Shown piece after piece: positions 9,341 to 18,065 of a stretch of 64,000 nt of DNA (positions are counted from its first letter, which is position 1; every line of letters starts with the position of its first letter). The stretch covers positions 32,001 to 96,000 of the forward strand of contig JBDTZG010000007.1 in NCBI GenBank assembly GCA_040005235.1, read 5' to 3'. The notes beneath the pieces are model-generated. The model did no database searches. It saw only the letters and a list, made by a program, of their open reading frames with translations, and was not told where the DNA came from. The DNA comes from Acidobacteriota bacterium (GTDB lineage Bacteria > Acidobacteriota > Thermoanaerobaculia > Multivoradales > UBA5704). The translations under genes were made by a program, and so were the position numbers.

Positions 9341-9640
9341 GCGGTTCTGGATCCGATAGCGGTGTTTCGGGACGGCGAGTGCCATTCCGCAGCCGAAAGC
9401 CGCTTTCCGGGATGGCGAACGCTATTTCAGAGCCGAAAGCCGCGTTGCGGGACCGCGGCCGCAATTCTGGGACGGATAGCCGCTTCCTGGGACGGATAGC
9501 CGCGTCCTGGGACCGATAGCCGCTTGCTAGGACCGATAGCCGCGTTCTGGGACCGATAGCCGCTTTTCAGGACGGATAGCCGCGTATTGGGACGGATAGC
9601 CGCTTCCTGGGACGGTTCGCGGAGAATCGGGACGGCGTTG
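9341..9640. repeat. 20-bp tandem array, about 15 units
   Basis: Consensus CGCTTCCTGGGAC(G/C)GATAGC; best conserved 9461-9620, degenerate toward 9341. Confidence 0.9.
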
Positions 9641-9791
9641 AGAATTCAGACGCGTCCAGCGGTTTTTCGCGGCGTGAATGCGCTTTCGATCCTGGCTCCC
9701 TCTCGATCCCGCGGTATGTGGCGAGTTCCCGCCGTTGTTTCGGCGGAGGCCGCCGCGATCTGGAGTTTTGGGGCTCGCTCACGTGTTCCGC

Positions 9792-9809
9792 CTGGCACTC
9801 GTTTTGCTA
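9792..9809 (+). promoter_or_regulatory. sigma54 promoter
   Basis: CTGGCACTCGTTTTGCTA, near-consensus GG-N10-GC. Confidence 0.65.
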
Positions 9810-9898
9810 AAAGCCTGGCCTTTGGCCGGCTCTTGCGCCGATTCGACACGCGGGTAACGGTGTCGGTCTCTCGGGCGCCGAAGTTTCTGTCGTGGCGA

Positions 9899-9924
9899 TG
9901 TAACCGTTTGCAGTTTCTGACGTA
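9899..9924 (+). promoter_or_regulatory. ECF sigma-type promoter
   Basis: TGTAAC-N16-CGTA. Confidence 0.5.
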
Positions 9925-9932
9925 GAACAGAT

Positions 9933-10065
9933 GGCAGGCGGGGTTCGGATCGCTCCAACGAGCATCCTTGCCTCCTAAGATTTTCTCCCCGAGCTCCTCC
10001 GCAAGGTGCCTCCGAGAGGGCGAACCGCCTTCTCGATGGCGGGTTACGCCCTAGCCTCGCCTGCC
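9933..10065 (+). ncRNA. candidate structured RNA / 5' leader
   Basis: 13-bp closing stem GGCAGGCGGGGTT/AGCCTCGCCTGCC enclosing internal hairpins, followed by CTTTT. Confidence 0.4.
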
Positions 10066-10091
10066 CTTTTCCATTGAAAGGATCGAAGGTC

Positions 10092-10757
10092 ATGTCGTTC
10101 TCTTTACGCCTCCTGTTTCGGGGCTCTAGCCTCTTTGTGCCTTCTCCCCGCGGCGACGGTCTCTACGCTCTGCTCTGCCCTCGGAGCAGCGGCGCCAATC
10201 CGCGCCTCCGTTTCGACCCGCAGGACCTCGCCGAGGGGGGCGCCGAAGAGTCGCTGCTCGGCGGGTCGGCGCGGCCGGCCGGGCTGACCGCAGGCTTTTG
10301 GCCTCTGGCGGGGGCCGACCTCTCGCTCGTCGCCTCTACGATGGGCGAGCCCGCGAAGATCCCGGGCATCGAGCTCGAATCCAACCTAGAGGCCGATCTC
10401 GCCTCGGCCGGGCTCGGGCTTCACTGTCTGGCGCCGCGGCTCGGCGGAACGGCCGCCCTCGCCGCGGCGGGGCTCGGCGCCCGGCTGCGGCTTCCTCTGG
10501 GAACCCTAGGCGCCTGGTCCGCGAGCGGTTGGCAGCGGCTGCGGACGGGCTGGCTCTTCCGAGGCGACACGGCCGGCGGGTGCGCTTTCTTCCTGGCGGA
10601 AATCTCTGTCGATGCGCTGGAGATCGAAGACCTCGAAGCCGGCCGCACCCTCCGGCTCGCGCCGCACGCGCGCCGGATGTTGGAGCTGGAAATCGAGCCT
10701 GCCGAAGCGGCCCCTGCCTTTGCGCTGGAGGAGGGGGAGCTGGCAGGCGTTGGTTGA
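10092..10757 (+). CDS. hypothetical protein
   Basis: Long ORF with GAAGG-type RBS, start MSFSLRLLFRG; no family recognised. Confidence 0.6.
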   Translation: MSFSLRLLFRGSSLFVPSPRGDGLYALLCPRSSGANPRLRFDPQDLAEGGAEESLLGGSARPAGLTAGFWPLAGADLSLVASTMGEPAKIPGIELESNLEADLASAGLGLHCLAPRLGGTAALAAAGLGARLRLPLGTLGAWSASGWQRLRTGWLFRGDTAGGCAFFLAEISVDALEIEDLEAGRTLRLAPHARRMLELEIEPAEAAPAFALEEGELAGVG

Positions 10758-10773
10758 TCGCAAAAACGAAAGT

Positions 10774-10790
10774 TTGGCGCAACTTTTGCT
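10774..10790 (+). promoter_or_regulatory. sigma54 promoter
   Basis: TTGGCGCAACTTTTGCT, GG-N10-GC, upstream of the DUF4332 gene. Confidence 0.6.
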
Positions 10791-10865
10791 CCTTGCTCGC
10801 GTAATCTGCGGCGGTCTTCGATACTCCGTGGCCGCAACGGATTCGCAACGAGGAGGAAGAACGGC

Positions 10866-11273
10866 ATGAGCTATCCCCTGGAGGAAATCGAGGGTATCGG
10901 TCCGGCCTACGCCGCAAAGCTCGGAAACATCGGTATCAAGACGACCTCCACCCTGCTCAAGCGGTGCGCGGACCCCAAGGGCCGCAAGCGAATCTCGGCC
11001 GAGAGCGGCGTCTCTGAAGAGCTGCTGCTCAAGTGGGCCAATCTGGCCGATTTGATGCGCGTTCGCGGGGTCGGCCGGCAGTATGCGGAGCTGCTGGAAG
11101 GGGCGGGGATCGACTCGGTCAAGGAGCTGCGGACCCGGCGGCCGAGCCACCTGGCGGTCAAGATGGCCGAGGTCAACGCGGTGCGGAAACTGACCCGGCG
11201 CATCCCGATCCCGAGCATGATCGAGGAGTGGATCGAGCTCGCGGCGAAGCTCGCGCCGGTCATTACGTACTGA
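10866..11273 (+). CDS. DUF4332 family HhH protein
   Basis: IEGIGPAYAAKL, WANLADLMRVRGVG, LLEGAGIDSVKEL; AGGAGG RBS. Confidence 0.9.
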   Translation: MSYPLEEIEGIGPAYAAKLGNIGIKTTSTLLKRCADPKGRKRISAESGVSEELLLKWANLADLMRVRGVGRQYAELLEGAGIDSVKELRTRRPSHLAVKMAEVNAVRKLTRRIPIPSMIEEWIELAAKLAPVITY

Positions 11274-11311
11274 TCGTGTAAGTCCTTTTTGTAGTCTTTA
11301 CCGAATCCTCG

Positions 11312-12523
11312 TCATTCGCGCCAGTCGCCGAGGGGTAGGATCTCGCACCGCGCGCCGGCCGGCTGTGGCGGGGCGCCCGCTCGAACCCGCACCAGGGCGG
11401 TGCCGAGCGCAAAGGCGCCGAGGTCGTGCGATCCGCGCGAAAGATTCGGCGTGGCGCGGATTGCACCCGAAGAGAAGGTCACCGCCGCGGTCAGGAAGCG
11501 ATCGCGGGCCCCCGTGCCGGGGAGAGGCGCCTCAAGCTCCGCCGCGAGCGCGCCGTGCCAGAAGCCGTCGGGCACGCCGAGCCAACGCCGGAGCGCCGGG
11601 CGGACGAACAGCCAGAAACAGGCCATGACGGACGCCGGGTTGCCCGGCAGGCCGAATACGATGCCGCCGTCGTGGACTGCGAAGACCAGCGGTTGCCCCG
11701 GCTGGATCGCCACCTTGTCGAGCACGATCCGGCAGCCGAGCCGGGTGAGCACGCCCTCGACCAGATCGTGCTCGCCCATCGAGACCCCGCCGCACAAAAG
11801 CAGCACGTCGTAGCCGAGGCCGCGCTCGATCCGGGCCGAAAGCTCCTCCTGCCGATCCGGCGCGATGCCCAACGAGTCGGCGGCGAGTCCGAACGAGCGG
11901 CAAGCCGCGAGCAGGAAATCGGTGTGCGAATCGCGCAATTGGCCCGGTCCGGGCTCGAGCTCGGGCGGCACCACCTCGTCGCCGGTCGCAAGGATCGCGA
12001 CGGTCGGCGGCCGGACCACCGGGATGTCGCCGTAGCCGTGGGTGGCGAGCAAGGAGAGCGCGCCCGGGCCGAGGCGGGCTCCGGCGGGAAACAGGGGGTC
12101 CCCTGCGCGCTGGATCTCGCCGCGGCGGCGAATGTGGTCGCCCGCGGCCGGGGCGGCGCGAGAGATCACCCGGTCGCTTCCGCCGTCGGTCTGCTCAACC
12201 GGGATCACCCGGTCGGCGCCCTCCGGGATGGGGGCGCCGGTCATGATCCGGACCGCGGCGCCGGCCGGCAGGACGAAGCCCGGCGGATCGCCCGCGCGGA
12301 TCGCCCCGACCACCGTCGTCGGCTCGCCGCCGGGAGCGAAATCTCCCCCCAGCGCATACCCGTCCATCGCCGAGACATCCGAGGCGGGCACGTCCACCCG
12401 TGCCGCCAAGGCTTCCGCGAGCGTCCGGCCCGCCGCCTGGCGGCGCGGCAGCGAAAGCGTCTGCGGCTGGCGGCGGTCAAGCTCCCGGGCGATCCGTGCC
12501 CAGGCTTCCTCGGGGGCGATCAT
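11312..12523 (-). CDS. moeA: molybdopterin molybdotransferase MoeA
   Basis: SAMDGYA, RIMTGAPIP, TGDEV, GGVSMG, GLPGNP motifs. Confidence 0.95.
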   Translation of the reverse strand: MIAPEEAWARIARELDRRQPQTLSLPRRQAAGRTLAEALAARVDVPASDVSAMDGYALGGDFAPGGEPTTVVGAIRAGDPPGFVLPAGAAVRIMTGAPIPEGADRVIPVEQTDGGSDRVISRAAPAAGDHIRRRGEIQRAGDPLFPAGARLGPGALSLLATHGYGDIPVVRPPTVAILATGDEVVPPELEPGPGQLRDSHTDFLLAACRSFGLAADSLGIAPDRQEELSARIERGLGYDVLLLCGGVSMGEHDLVEGVLTRLGCRIVLDKVAIQPGQPLVFAVHDGGIVFGLPGNPASVMACFWLFVRPALRRWLGVPDGFWHGALAAELEAPLPGTGARDRFLTAAVTFSSGAIRATPNLSRGSHDLGAFALGTALVRVRAGAPPQPAGARCEILPLGDWRE

Positions 12524-12600
12524 GAGTGGGGGCTCCTCAGGGCGACTTAAACGACGGTCTCCAATGGTATCCTTCGCGCGATCCGAAAAGAGAGCGGGGC

Positions 12601-13449
12601 ATGATGCAGTCGCAAACGGAGGCAGACCTCCCCCCCACCGAGGAAGCTTCGTTTCAATACCGTGGCAGCCTGTCCGAGGTCGCCCTGCCGGAGATCCTCT
12701 ACACGATCGACCGTTTTCAGGTGCCGGGGCAGATGGAAGCCTGGCGCGAAGGATCGGTCAAGAAGATTTTTCTGCGCGAAGGCAACGTCGTTTCGGCCAG
12801 CTCGTCCGATCTCGTCGACAGTCTCGGCCATCACCTGGAGCGCAGCGGCCTGCTGACGCCCCAGGCGGTCGCCGAGGCGATGGAAGAGCGTCGGCAGACC
12901 AACCGGCGGCTCGGGGTGCTGCTGATCGAGCGCGGTCTGCTCACCCCGGCGCAGGTGTATCAGGCGATCCGCCAGCAGGTCGAGGGGATCGTCTGGAGCC
13001 TGTTCGACTGGCCGGACGGCGAGATCCGATTCAAGATCGGCGGTTTTCGGACGCCGGACGCGGTCCGCATCCAGCTGCCCATGCGCCAGGTGATCCTGCG
13101 CGGCATCGAACGGTCGCAAAACGCCAAGACCCTGGTCGCCCGGCTGGGCCGCAAAGAAACGGTGTTCGAGGCCTGCTTCCGCACCGAGGATCTGATCGAA
13201 ACCGCGCTCGACACCGACGAGATGCGCCTGCTGGAGCTGGTCGATGGTCGCCGCACCCTGTTCGACATCTGCACCCAGGGACCCCGGGGGGTGGCGGAAA
13301 ACGGCAAGCTGCTCTACGCTTTTGCCGCGCTGCAGTTGATCCGCCGGTGCGAGGTGCCCGCGGCGCCGGTCGCGGAGCCCCCCCTCGACGAGGGCACGGG
13401 GGCGATCCGCATCCGGTTCAAGACCGCCACCCCCAAGCCCGGCCCCTGA
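12601..13449 (+). CDS. DUF4388 (PatA-N-like) domain protein
   Basis: YRGSLSEVALPEIL, RRLGVLLIERGLL, LFDWPDGEIRF, LVDGRRT. Confidence 0.8.
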   Translation: MMQSQTEADLPPTEEASFQYRGSLSEVALPEILYTIDRFQVPGQMEAWREGSVKKIFLREGNVVSASSSDLVDSLGHHLERSGLLTPQAVAEAMEERRQTNRRLGVLLIERGLLTPAQVYQAIRQQVEGIVWSLFDWPDGEIRFKIGGFRTPDAVRIQLPMRQVILRGIERSQNAKTLVARLGRKETVFEACFRTEDLIETALDTDEMRLLELVDGRRTLFDICTQGPRGVAENGKLLYAFAALQLIRRCEVPAAPVAEPPLDEGTGAIRIRFKTATPKPGP

Positions 13450-13485
13450 AGCGCCGCCCTACCCCCTTCGAGGAGTCGCTCCAAG

Positions 13486-13845
13486 ATGCCGATCTACGAA
13501 TACCAATGCCTGGTGTGCGGCACGCGCACCGAGCACCTGCAAAAGATGTCCGATCCCCCTCTGCCGGCCTGTCCAAAATGCGGCGGCGAGGTGAAGAAGC
13601 TGATCTCCTCCCCGGCGTTTCAATTCAAGGGGAGTGGCTGGTACGCCACCGATTACGCAGGCAAGAGCGGCGCCGGTAAACCCGAGTCCTCCTCGTCCGA
13701 GGCGAAAGACGCGAAATCGGATGCCGCCAAGAGCGAGAAGAGCGATGGCGGCTCTTCGAGCTCGTCGAGCTCGTCGGAGAGCAAGCCGGAAACCAAGAGC
13801 GAGGCCAAGCCCGAAAAGAAGGACACCGCGCCGAAAGTGGACTGA
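13486..13845 (+). CDS. FmdB family zinc-ribbon protein
   Basis: MPIYEYQCxxCG...CPKCGG...FKGSGWYATDY. Confidence 0.92.
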   Translation: MPIYEYQCLVCGTRTEHLQKMSDPPLPACPKCGGEVKKLISSPAFQFKGSGWYATDYAGKSGAGKPESSSSEAKDAKSDAAKSEKSDGGSSSSSSSSESKPETKSEAKPEKKDTAPKVD

Positions 13846-13879
13846 ATCGGCCGTTCGGTGTCGACCACCTGACGCTCGC

Positions 13880-14050
13880 CTGCACAATCGCAATGCACCT
13901 CTGCGCGGGCGCTGTGCACGACTGCAATCTCCCGGCGCACCTGTGCACTCCGCCGGAGCACAACGGCAGAGTTCCAGCGCAGAGGTGCAAAATCCGGGGG
14001 CACCTCTGCAAAACCGGATTCCACCGGCTTTCAGGCGCCTTGCACCCGGA
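13880..14050. repeat. degenerate 21-bp periodic array
   Basis: GCAC at 13895, 13916, 13937, 13958, (GCAG 13979), 14000; internal inverted repeat GCACCTCTGCGC/GCGCAGAGGTGC. Confidence 0.7.
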
Positions 14051-14056
14051 ATCCGC

Positions 14057-14087
14057 TTGACTATTCATGCAGCTTCATGCAGTATCC
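14057..14087 (+). promoter_or_regulatory. arg operon promoter with ARG-box-like operators
   Basis: TTGACT overlapped by TGACTATTCATGCA and TGCAGCTTCATGCA, upstream of argR. Confidence 0.55.
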
Positions 14088-14147
14088 GCCGCATTCTTTT
14101 GCGCGCAGCGCTGTTCTGCGCGAGTAGCGCGCGATGGGAGCCCTAGC

Positions 14148-14612
14148 ATGAGCCCTGAAGACGATCTGCACCGAGACCGACGCCGCGTGATCCTGGATCT
14201 TCTCCGGGCGCGCCGGGTCGCGAACCAGCTGGAGCTGGTGGGGCTGCTTGGTCTCCAGGGGATTGAGGCGACGCAGTCGAGCGTCAGCCGCGATCTGCGG
14301 TTTCTCGGGGTGGCGAAAGTCGCCGGGCACTACGTGGCGCCCACGGGCGACGTGCCGGCCGGGGCAGATTTCGGGCCGATCGGCCGCTTCGTCCATGGCG
14401 CGCGGACGGCGGGACCGAATCTGATCGTGCTTGAAACCGCGGTCGGTACGGCGCAGACGGTGGCGATCGCGATCGATCGCTCCGGCTGGCCCGAGGTGGT
14501 GGGTACTTTGGCGGGCGACGACACGATCTTCGTCGCCACCGCGAACGCGCGGGATCAACAGCGGTTCCTTCGTCATCTGGACCTTTTGCGGGAGGAACAC
14601 ATCCATGGCTGA
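14148..14612 (+). CDS. argR: arginine repressor
   Basis: [12 protein letters not shown] and [10 protein letters not shown] arginine-binding motif. Confidence 0.95.
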   Translation: MSPEDDLHRDRRRVILDLLRARRVANQLELVGLLGLQGIEATQSSVSRDLRFLGVAKVAGHYVAPTGDVPAGADFGPIGRFVHGARTAGPNLIVLETAVGTAQTVAIAIDRSGWPEVVGTLAGDDTIFVATANARDQQRFLRHLDLLREEHIHG

Positions 14613-15867
14613 TACGACTGAGACGACTGAGAGGACGGCGATTCCTGGTCTCGATCCGCGCCGCGGCGAGCCGATCGTCCTGGCGTTTTCCGGCGGGCTC
14701 GATACGTCGTACTGCATCCCCTGGCTCGCCGAGAGCTACGGCCGGCCGGTGGTGACGGTGACGGTCGATACCGGCGGGCTCGATTCCGCGGCGGCCGACG
14801 AGTTGGCCGAACGTTCGCGCGCTCTCGGGGCCGTGGCGCACCACCGCATCGAGGCTAGGACCGAATTCTTCGACCGGGTGCTCCGGTTCCTGATCCTCGG
14901 AAATGTCCGGCGGGGTCAGCTCTATCCGCTCTGCGTCGGCGCCGAGCGGTCAATCCAGGCGCAGGCCGTCGCCCACGCCGCGGCGGGGCTGGGCTCGCGC
15001 ACGGTGGCCCACGGCTGCACCGCGGCGGGCAACGACCAGGTCCGGTTCGAGGTGGCGCTCCGGACGCTCGCCCCGAGCCTCGAAATCCTCGCTCCGGTGC
15101 GCGACCATCCCCGGCCGCGGGCTTCGCAGGTGGCGTATCTCCAGGCGAAGAATCTGCCGATTCCGCCGTTCGGCGCCGCCTATTCGATCAATCGCGGCCT
15201 GTGGGGGACGACGATCGGCGGCCAGGAAACGCTTACGAGCGAAGGCACGATCCCCGAGGAGGCGTGGGTGCTGTCGCACGGCGCTTTCGACGATCCGCGC
15301 CCCGCGGCTTTCCATCGGCTCGGATTCGTGCGCGGCATTCCGACCTCGTGGGACGGCGAGAACCTCGCGCCCGTCGAGCTGATCGAGCGGATCGAGCGCG
15401 AGGCGGCGCCGTATGCGATCGGCCGAGGAATCCATCTCGGCGACACGATTCTCGGCACCAAGGGGCGGGTGGCGTTCGAGGCGCCGGCCGCGGAAGTGCT
15501 GCTCGTCGCCCACCGCGAGCTGGAGAAACTGACCCTCACCGGCCGGCAGCAGCGGGTGAAGGAAACCGTCGCCGCCACCTATGGCGATCTGGTCCACGAG
15601 GGGCAGCATCTCGATCCGGTCTGCCGCGACATCGAGGCGCTGTTGCTGTCTTCCCAGGAGCGGGTGACGGGAGAGGTGCGGCTGCGCTTCCGGCCGGGCA
15701 ACCTGTTCGTCGAGGGGGTTGTGTCGTCCTTTTCGTTGCTCGCCGCCACGCGCGGCGTCTACGGTGAGGCGGCGGGGGAGTGGACATCGGAGGATGCACG
15801 GGGCTTGTCGCGTTTGGCGGCTCTTCCCGGCATGCTCCATCGGCGGGCCGGTTCGGAGGACCTCTAA
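14605..15867 (+). CDS. argG: argininosuccinate synthase
   Basis: [34 protein letters not shown]. Confidence 0.95.
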   Translation: MADTTETTERTAIPGLDPRRGEPIVLAFSGGLDTSYCIPWLAESYGRPVVTVTVDTGGLDSAAADELAERSRALGAVAHHRIEARTEFFDRVLRFLILGNVRRGQLYPLCVGAERSIQAQAVAHAAAGLGSRTVAHGCTAAGNDQVRFEVALRTLAPSLEILAPVRDHPRPRASQVAYLQAKNLPIPPFGAAYSINRGLWGTTIGGQETLTSEGTIPEEAWVLSHGAFDDPRPAAFHRLGFVRGIPTSWDGENLAPVELIERIEREAAPYAIGRGIHLGDTILGTKGRVAFEAPAAEVLLVAHRELEKLTLTGRQQRVKETVAATYGDLVHEGQHLDPVCRDIEALLLSSQERVTGEVRLRFRPGNLFVEGVVSSFSLLAATRGVYGEAAGEWTSEDARGLSRLAALPGMLHRRAGSEDL

Positions 15868-16953
15868 ATGAAAGCCGTGATTCTCGACAAGATCGCATCG
15901 GTGACCCGCACCTGCCGCTTGAAGCGAGAGGTGCTCACCAGCTCGGAGATTCCCTGCCGCGAGGGGATCGTGGTCGCCGTGCGCGTGCTGACCGACAAGA
16001 CGACCTATAACCAGATGGAGCTGCCGAGCGGCCGGATGGCTCTGGTGAAGAAAGGCGACGTGATCGCCGGTGCGCTCGGCCACCGTCAGGCGCTGTTCGG
16101 CTATTCCGGGCACCTGCCCGACCACCTGGTGCCGGGCGACAAGGTCCAGCTGCTCAACATCGGCGGCGTGATCGGCATCTGCGATTCGATCAATCCGGAC
16201 CTGGGGCCGCCGTTCGAGGCCGAGGTGATCGGCGCCGTCCTGTCGTTCCCGTTCCTGGGCGAGCGGGTGGGCGTGCCGGCGCGGATCGGCGAACGGCCGC
16301 TCGACCTTTCCGCTCCGTTGGAGGCGGCCGGGGTGCCGGTGATCGCGCTCGTCGGCTCGTGCATGAACAGCGGCAAGACCGCGGCGGCCTGCACCTTGAT
16401 CCGCCATCTGACCCACGCCGGCTACACGGTCGACGCGTTCAAGGCGACCGGCGTGTCGCTGCGCCGCGACATCCTGGCGATGGAGGACGCGGGCGCCCGG
16501 ACGACGGCGATCTTCACCGACTTCGGCGTCGTTTCGACCTCGGGGGTGAACGCCGCCGCGGTCACCCGGACGATGCTCACCCAACTCGCCGCCGGCAAAC
16601 CCGAGGCGATCATGGTCGAGCTGGGCGATGGGCTGCTCGGCGCCTACGGAGTAGACGCGATCCTCGACGACGAGGAGGTGAAGAAGGCTTTCACCGCGGT
16701 GATCCTGGCAGCGAACGATCCCGTAGCCGCGTGGGGCGGCGTGCGCCTGCTGCGCGAGCGGTTCGGCGTCGAGCCGGTGGCGGTGACCGGACCCGCGACC
16801 GACAACCTGGTGGGCACCCGGATCATCGAGGAGACGGTGGGCGTGCCGGCGATCAACGCCCGCACCGAAGGGGAGCGGCTCGCCAAGCTGGTCCGCTCGC
16901 GTTTGATGCCGTACGACCCCGCGCGCGTCGCGGGCGGGGAGCTCGCATCATGA
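15868..16953 (+). CDS. DUF1611/DgcN-like P-loop protein of unknown function inside the arg operon
   Basis: GSCMNSGKT P-loop, KATG, DAGA, FTDFG, VELGDG motifs; abuts argG and overlaps argC. Confidence 0.8.
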   Translation: MKAVILDKIASVTRTCRLKREVLTSSEIPCREGIVVAVRVLTDKTTYNQMELPSGRMALVKKGDVIAGALGHRQALFGYSGHLPDHLVPGDKVQLLNIGGVIGICDSINPDLGPPFEAEVIGAVLSFPFLGERVGVPARIGERPLDLSAPLEAAGVPVIALVGSCMNSGKTAAACTLIRHLTHAGYTVDAFKATGVSLRRDILAMEDAGARTTAIFTDFGVVSTSGVNAAAVTRTMLTQLAAGKPEAIMVELGDGLLGAYGVDAILDDEEVKKAFTAVILAANDPVAAWGGVRLLRERFGVEPVAVTGPATDNLVGTRIIEETVGVPAINARTEGERLAKLVRSRLMPYDPARVAGGELAS

Positions 16954-18029
16954 TCTCTTCCCACCACACGGCACGCACAGTGGTGATCGGCGGCTCGGGC
17001 TACGTTGCGGGCGAGCTGCTGCGGCTGCTCGCCGTCCATCCGTTCCTGCGCGACCTGGCGGTGATTTCCGAGAGCAAGCCGGGCACGCGGATCGAGGAGG
17101 CGTTTCCGCATCTCGAAGGGGCGTATCCCGATTTGAAGTTCCTGGGGACCGATGCGCTGCCGCGGCTGTTCGCCGAGAACGAGACGGTCGCGGTTTTTTC
17201 GGCCGCGCCCCACGGTGCGTCGGCGCCGCTCGTCGATTCGCTGCTCCTTAATGCCGAGCATGCGGGCGCGCGCGTGCGGTTGGTCGATCTGTCGGCCGAT
17301 TTCCGCTTTCCCGATGCCGGAAGCTACGAGCAGGTTTACGGCCACCCGCACGGCGCGCCGGGGCGGCTGGCTGAATTCGTCTCTGCCGTGCCCGAGCACT
17401 TGGCCGAAGCGCCGCTCGGGCGGGTCTCCCATCCGGGATGTTTCACCACGTCGGTTCTGCTCGCCTCGGTGCCTCTCCTTTCTCTTGGGCTGATCGAGCC
17501 GCGATTCACCGTGGTCGCGGTCACCGGCAGCACGGGCGCCGGGCGAACGCCGACCGCCACCACCCACCACCCGGAGCGGCGCAGCAACCTGTTCGCCTAC
17601 AACCCGCTCGGCCATCGCCACGAGCCCGAGATGCGGCTTCACGCGGGCAAGGCCGCCGGCCGGCCGGTCGAGATCGCATTCGTGCCGCAGTCCGGACCGT
17701 ACGCCCGCGGTATCTACGCGACGATCCAGGCCCGCCTGGCGAGGCCGGTCGATCTGGAAGAGATGGTGGCGGGGGTGGCGCAGTTTTACGCCGGCTCGCC
17801 GTTCGTCAAAGTCGCCCCGGCGGGCGGCAAACCGCCGCGGCTGCAAGACGTCGCCGGCACCAACCGGGCGCTGCTCTCGTTCGCACTGCGCGGCGAGGAT
17901 CTGGTCGCGTTCTCGACCCTCGACAACCTGGTCAAAGGCGCGGCCGGCGGCGCGGTGCAGTGGATGAACCGGTTGCTCGATCTGCCCGAGGTCGCAGGGT
18001 TGGCGCAGCCGGGGTTGGGCTGGATCTAA
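16950..18029 (+). CDS. argC: N-acyl-gamma-glutamyl-phosphate reductase
   Basis: GGSGYVAGEL, DLSADFR, HPGCF, DNLVKGAAG. Confidence 0.95.
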   Translation: MISSHHTARTVVIGGSGYVAGELLRLLAVHPFLRDLAVISESKPGTRIEEAFPHLEGAYPDLKFLGTDALPRLFAENETVAVFSAAPHGASAPLVDSLLLNAEHAGARVRLVDLSADFRFPDAGSYEQVYGHPHGAPGRLAEFVSAVPEHLAEAPLGRVSHPGCFTTSVLLASVPLLSLGLIEPRFTVVAVTGSTGAGRTPTATTHHPERRSNLFAYNPLGHRHEPEMRLHAGKAAGRPVEIAFVPQSGPYARGIYATIQARLARPVDLEEMVAGVAQFYAGSPFVKVAPAGGKPPRLQDVAGTNRALLSFALRGEDLVAFSTLDNLVKGAAGGAVQWMNRLLDLPEVAGLAQPGLGWI

Positions 18030-18065
18030 AAGATTTTCGAACGGCAGATCAAGAAGGGGAACGAG

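Noticed and set aside
9341-9640. CRISPR array (also considered for 31541-31900)
   Set aside because: Units are contiguous 20-mers with no unique spacers, and no cas genes are present
9933-10065. c-di-GMP-I riboswitch assignment for the structured element
   Set aside because: GGCGAACC looks superficially similar, but the GNRA-capped stem and following GCAAAG/receptor hairpin are absent
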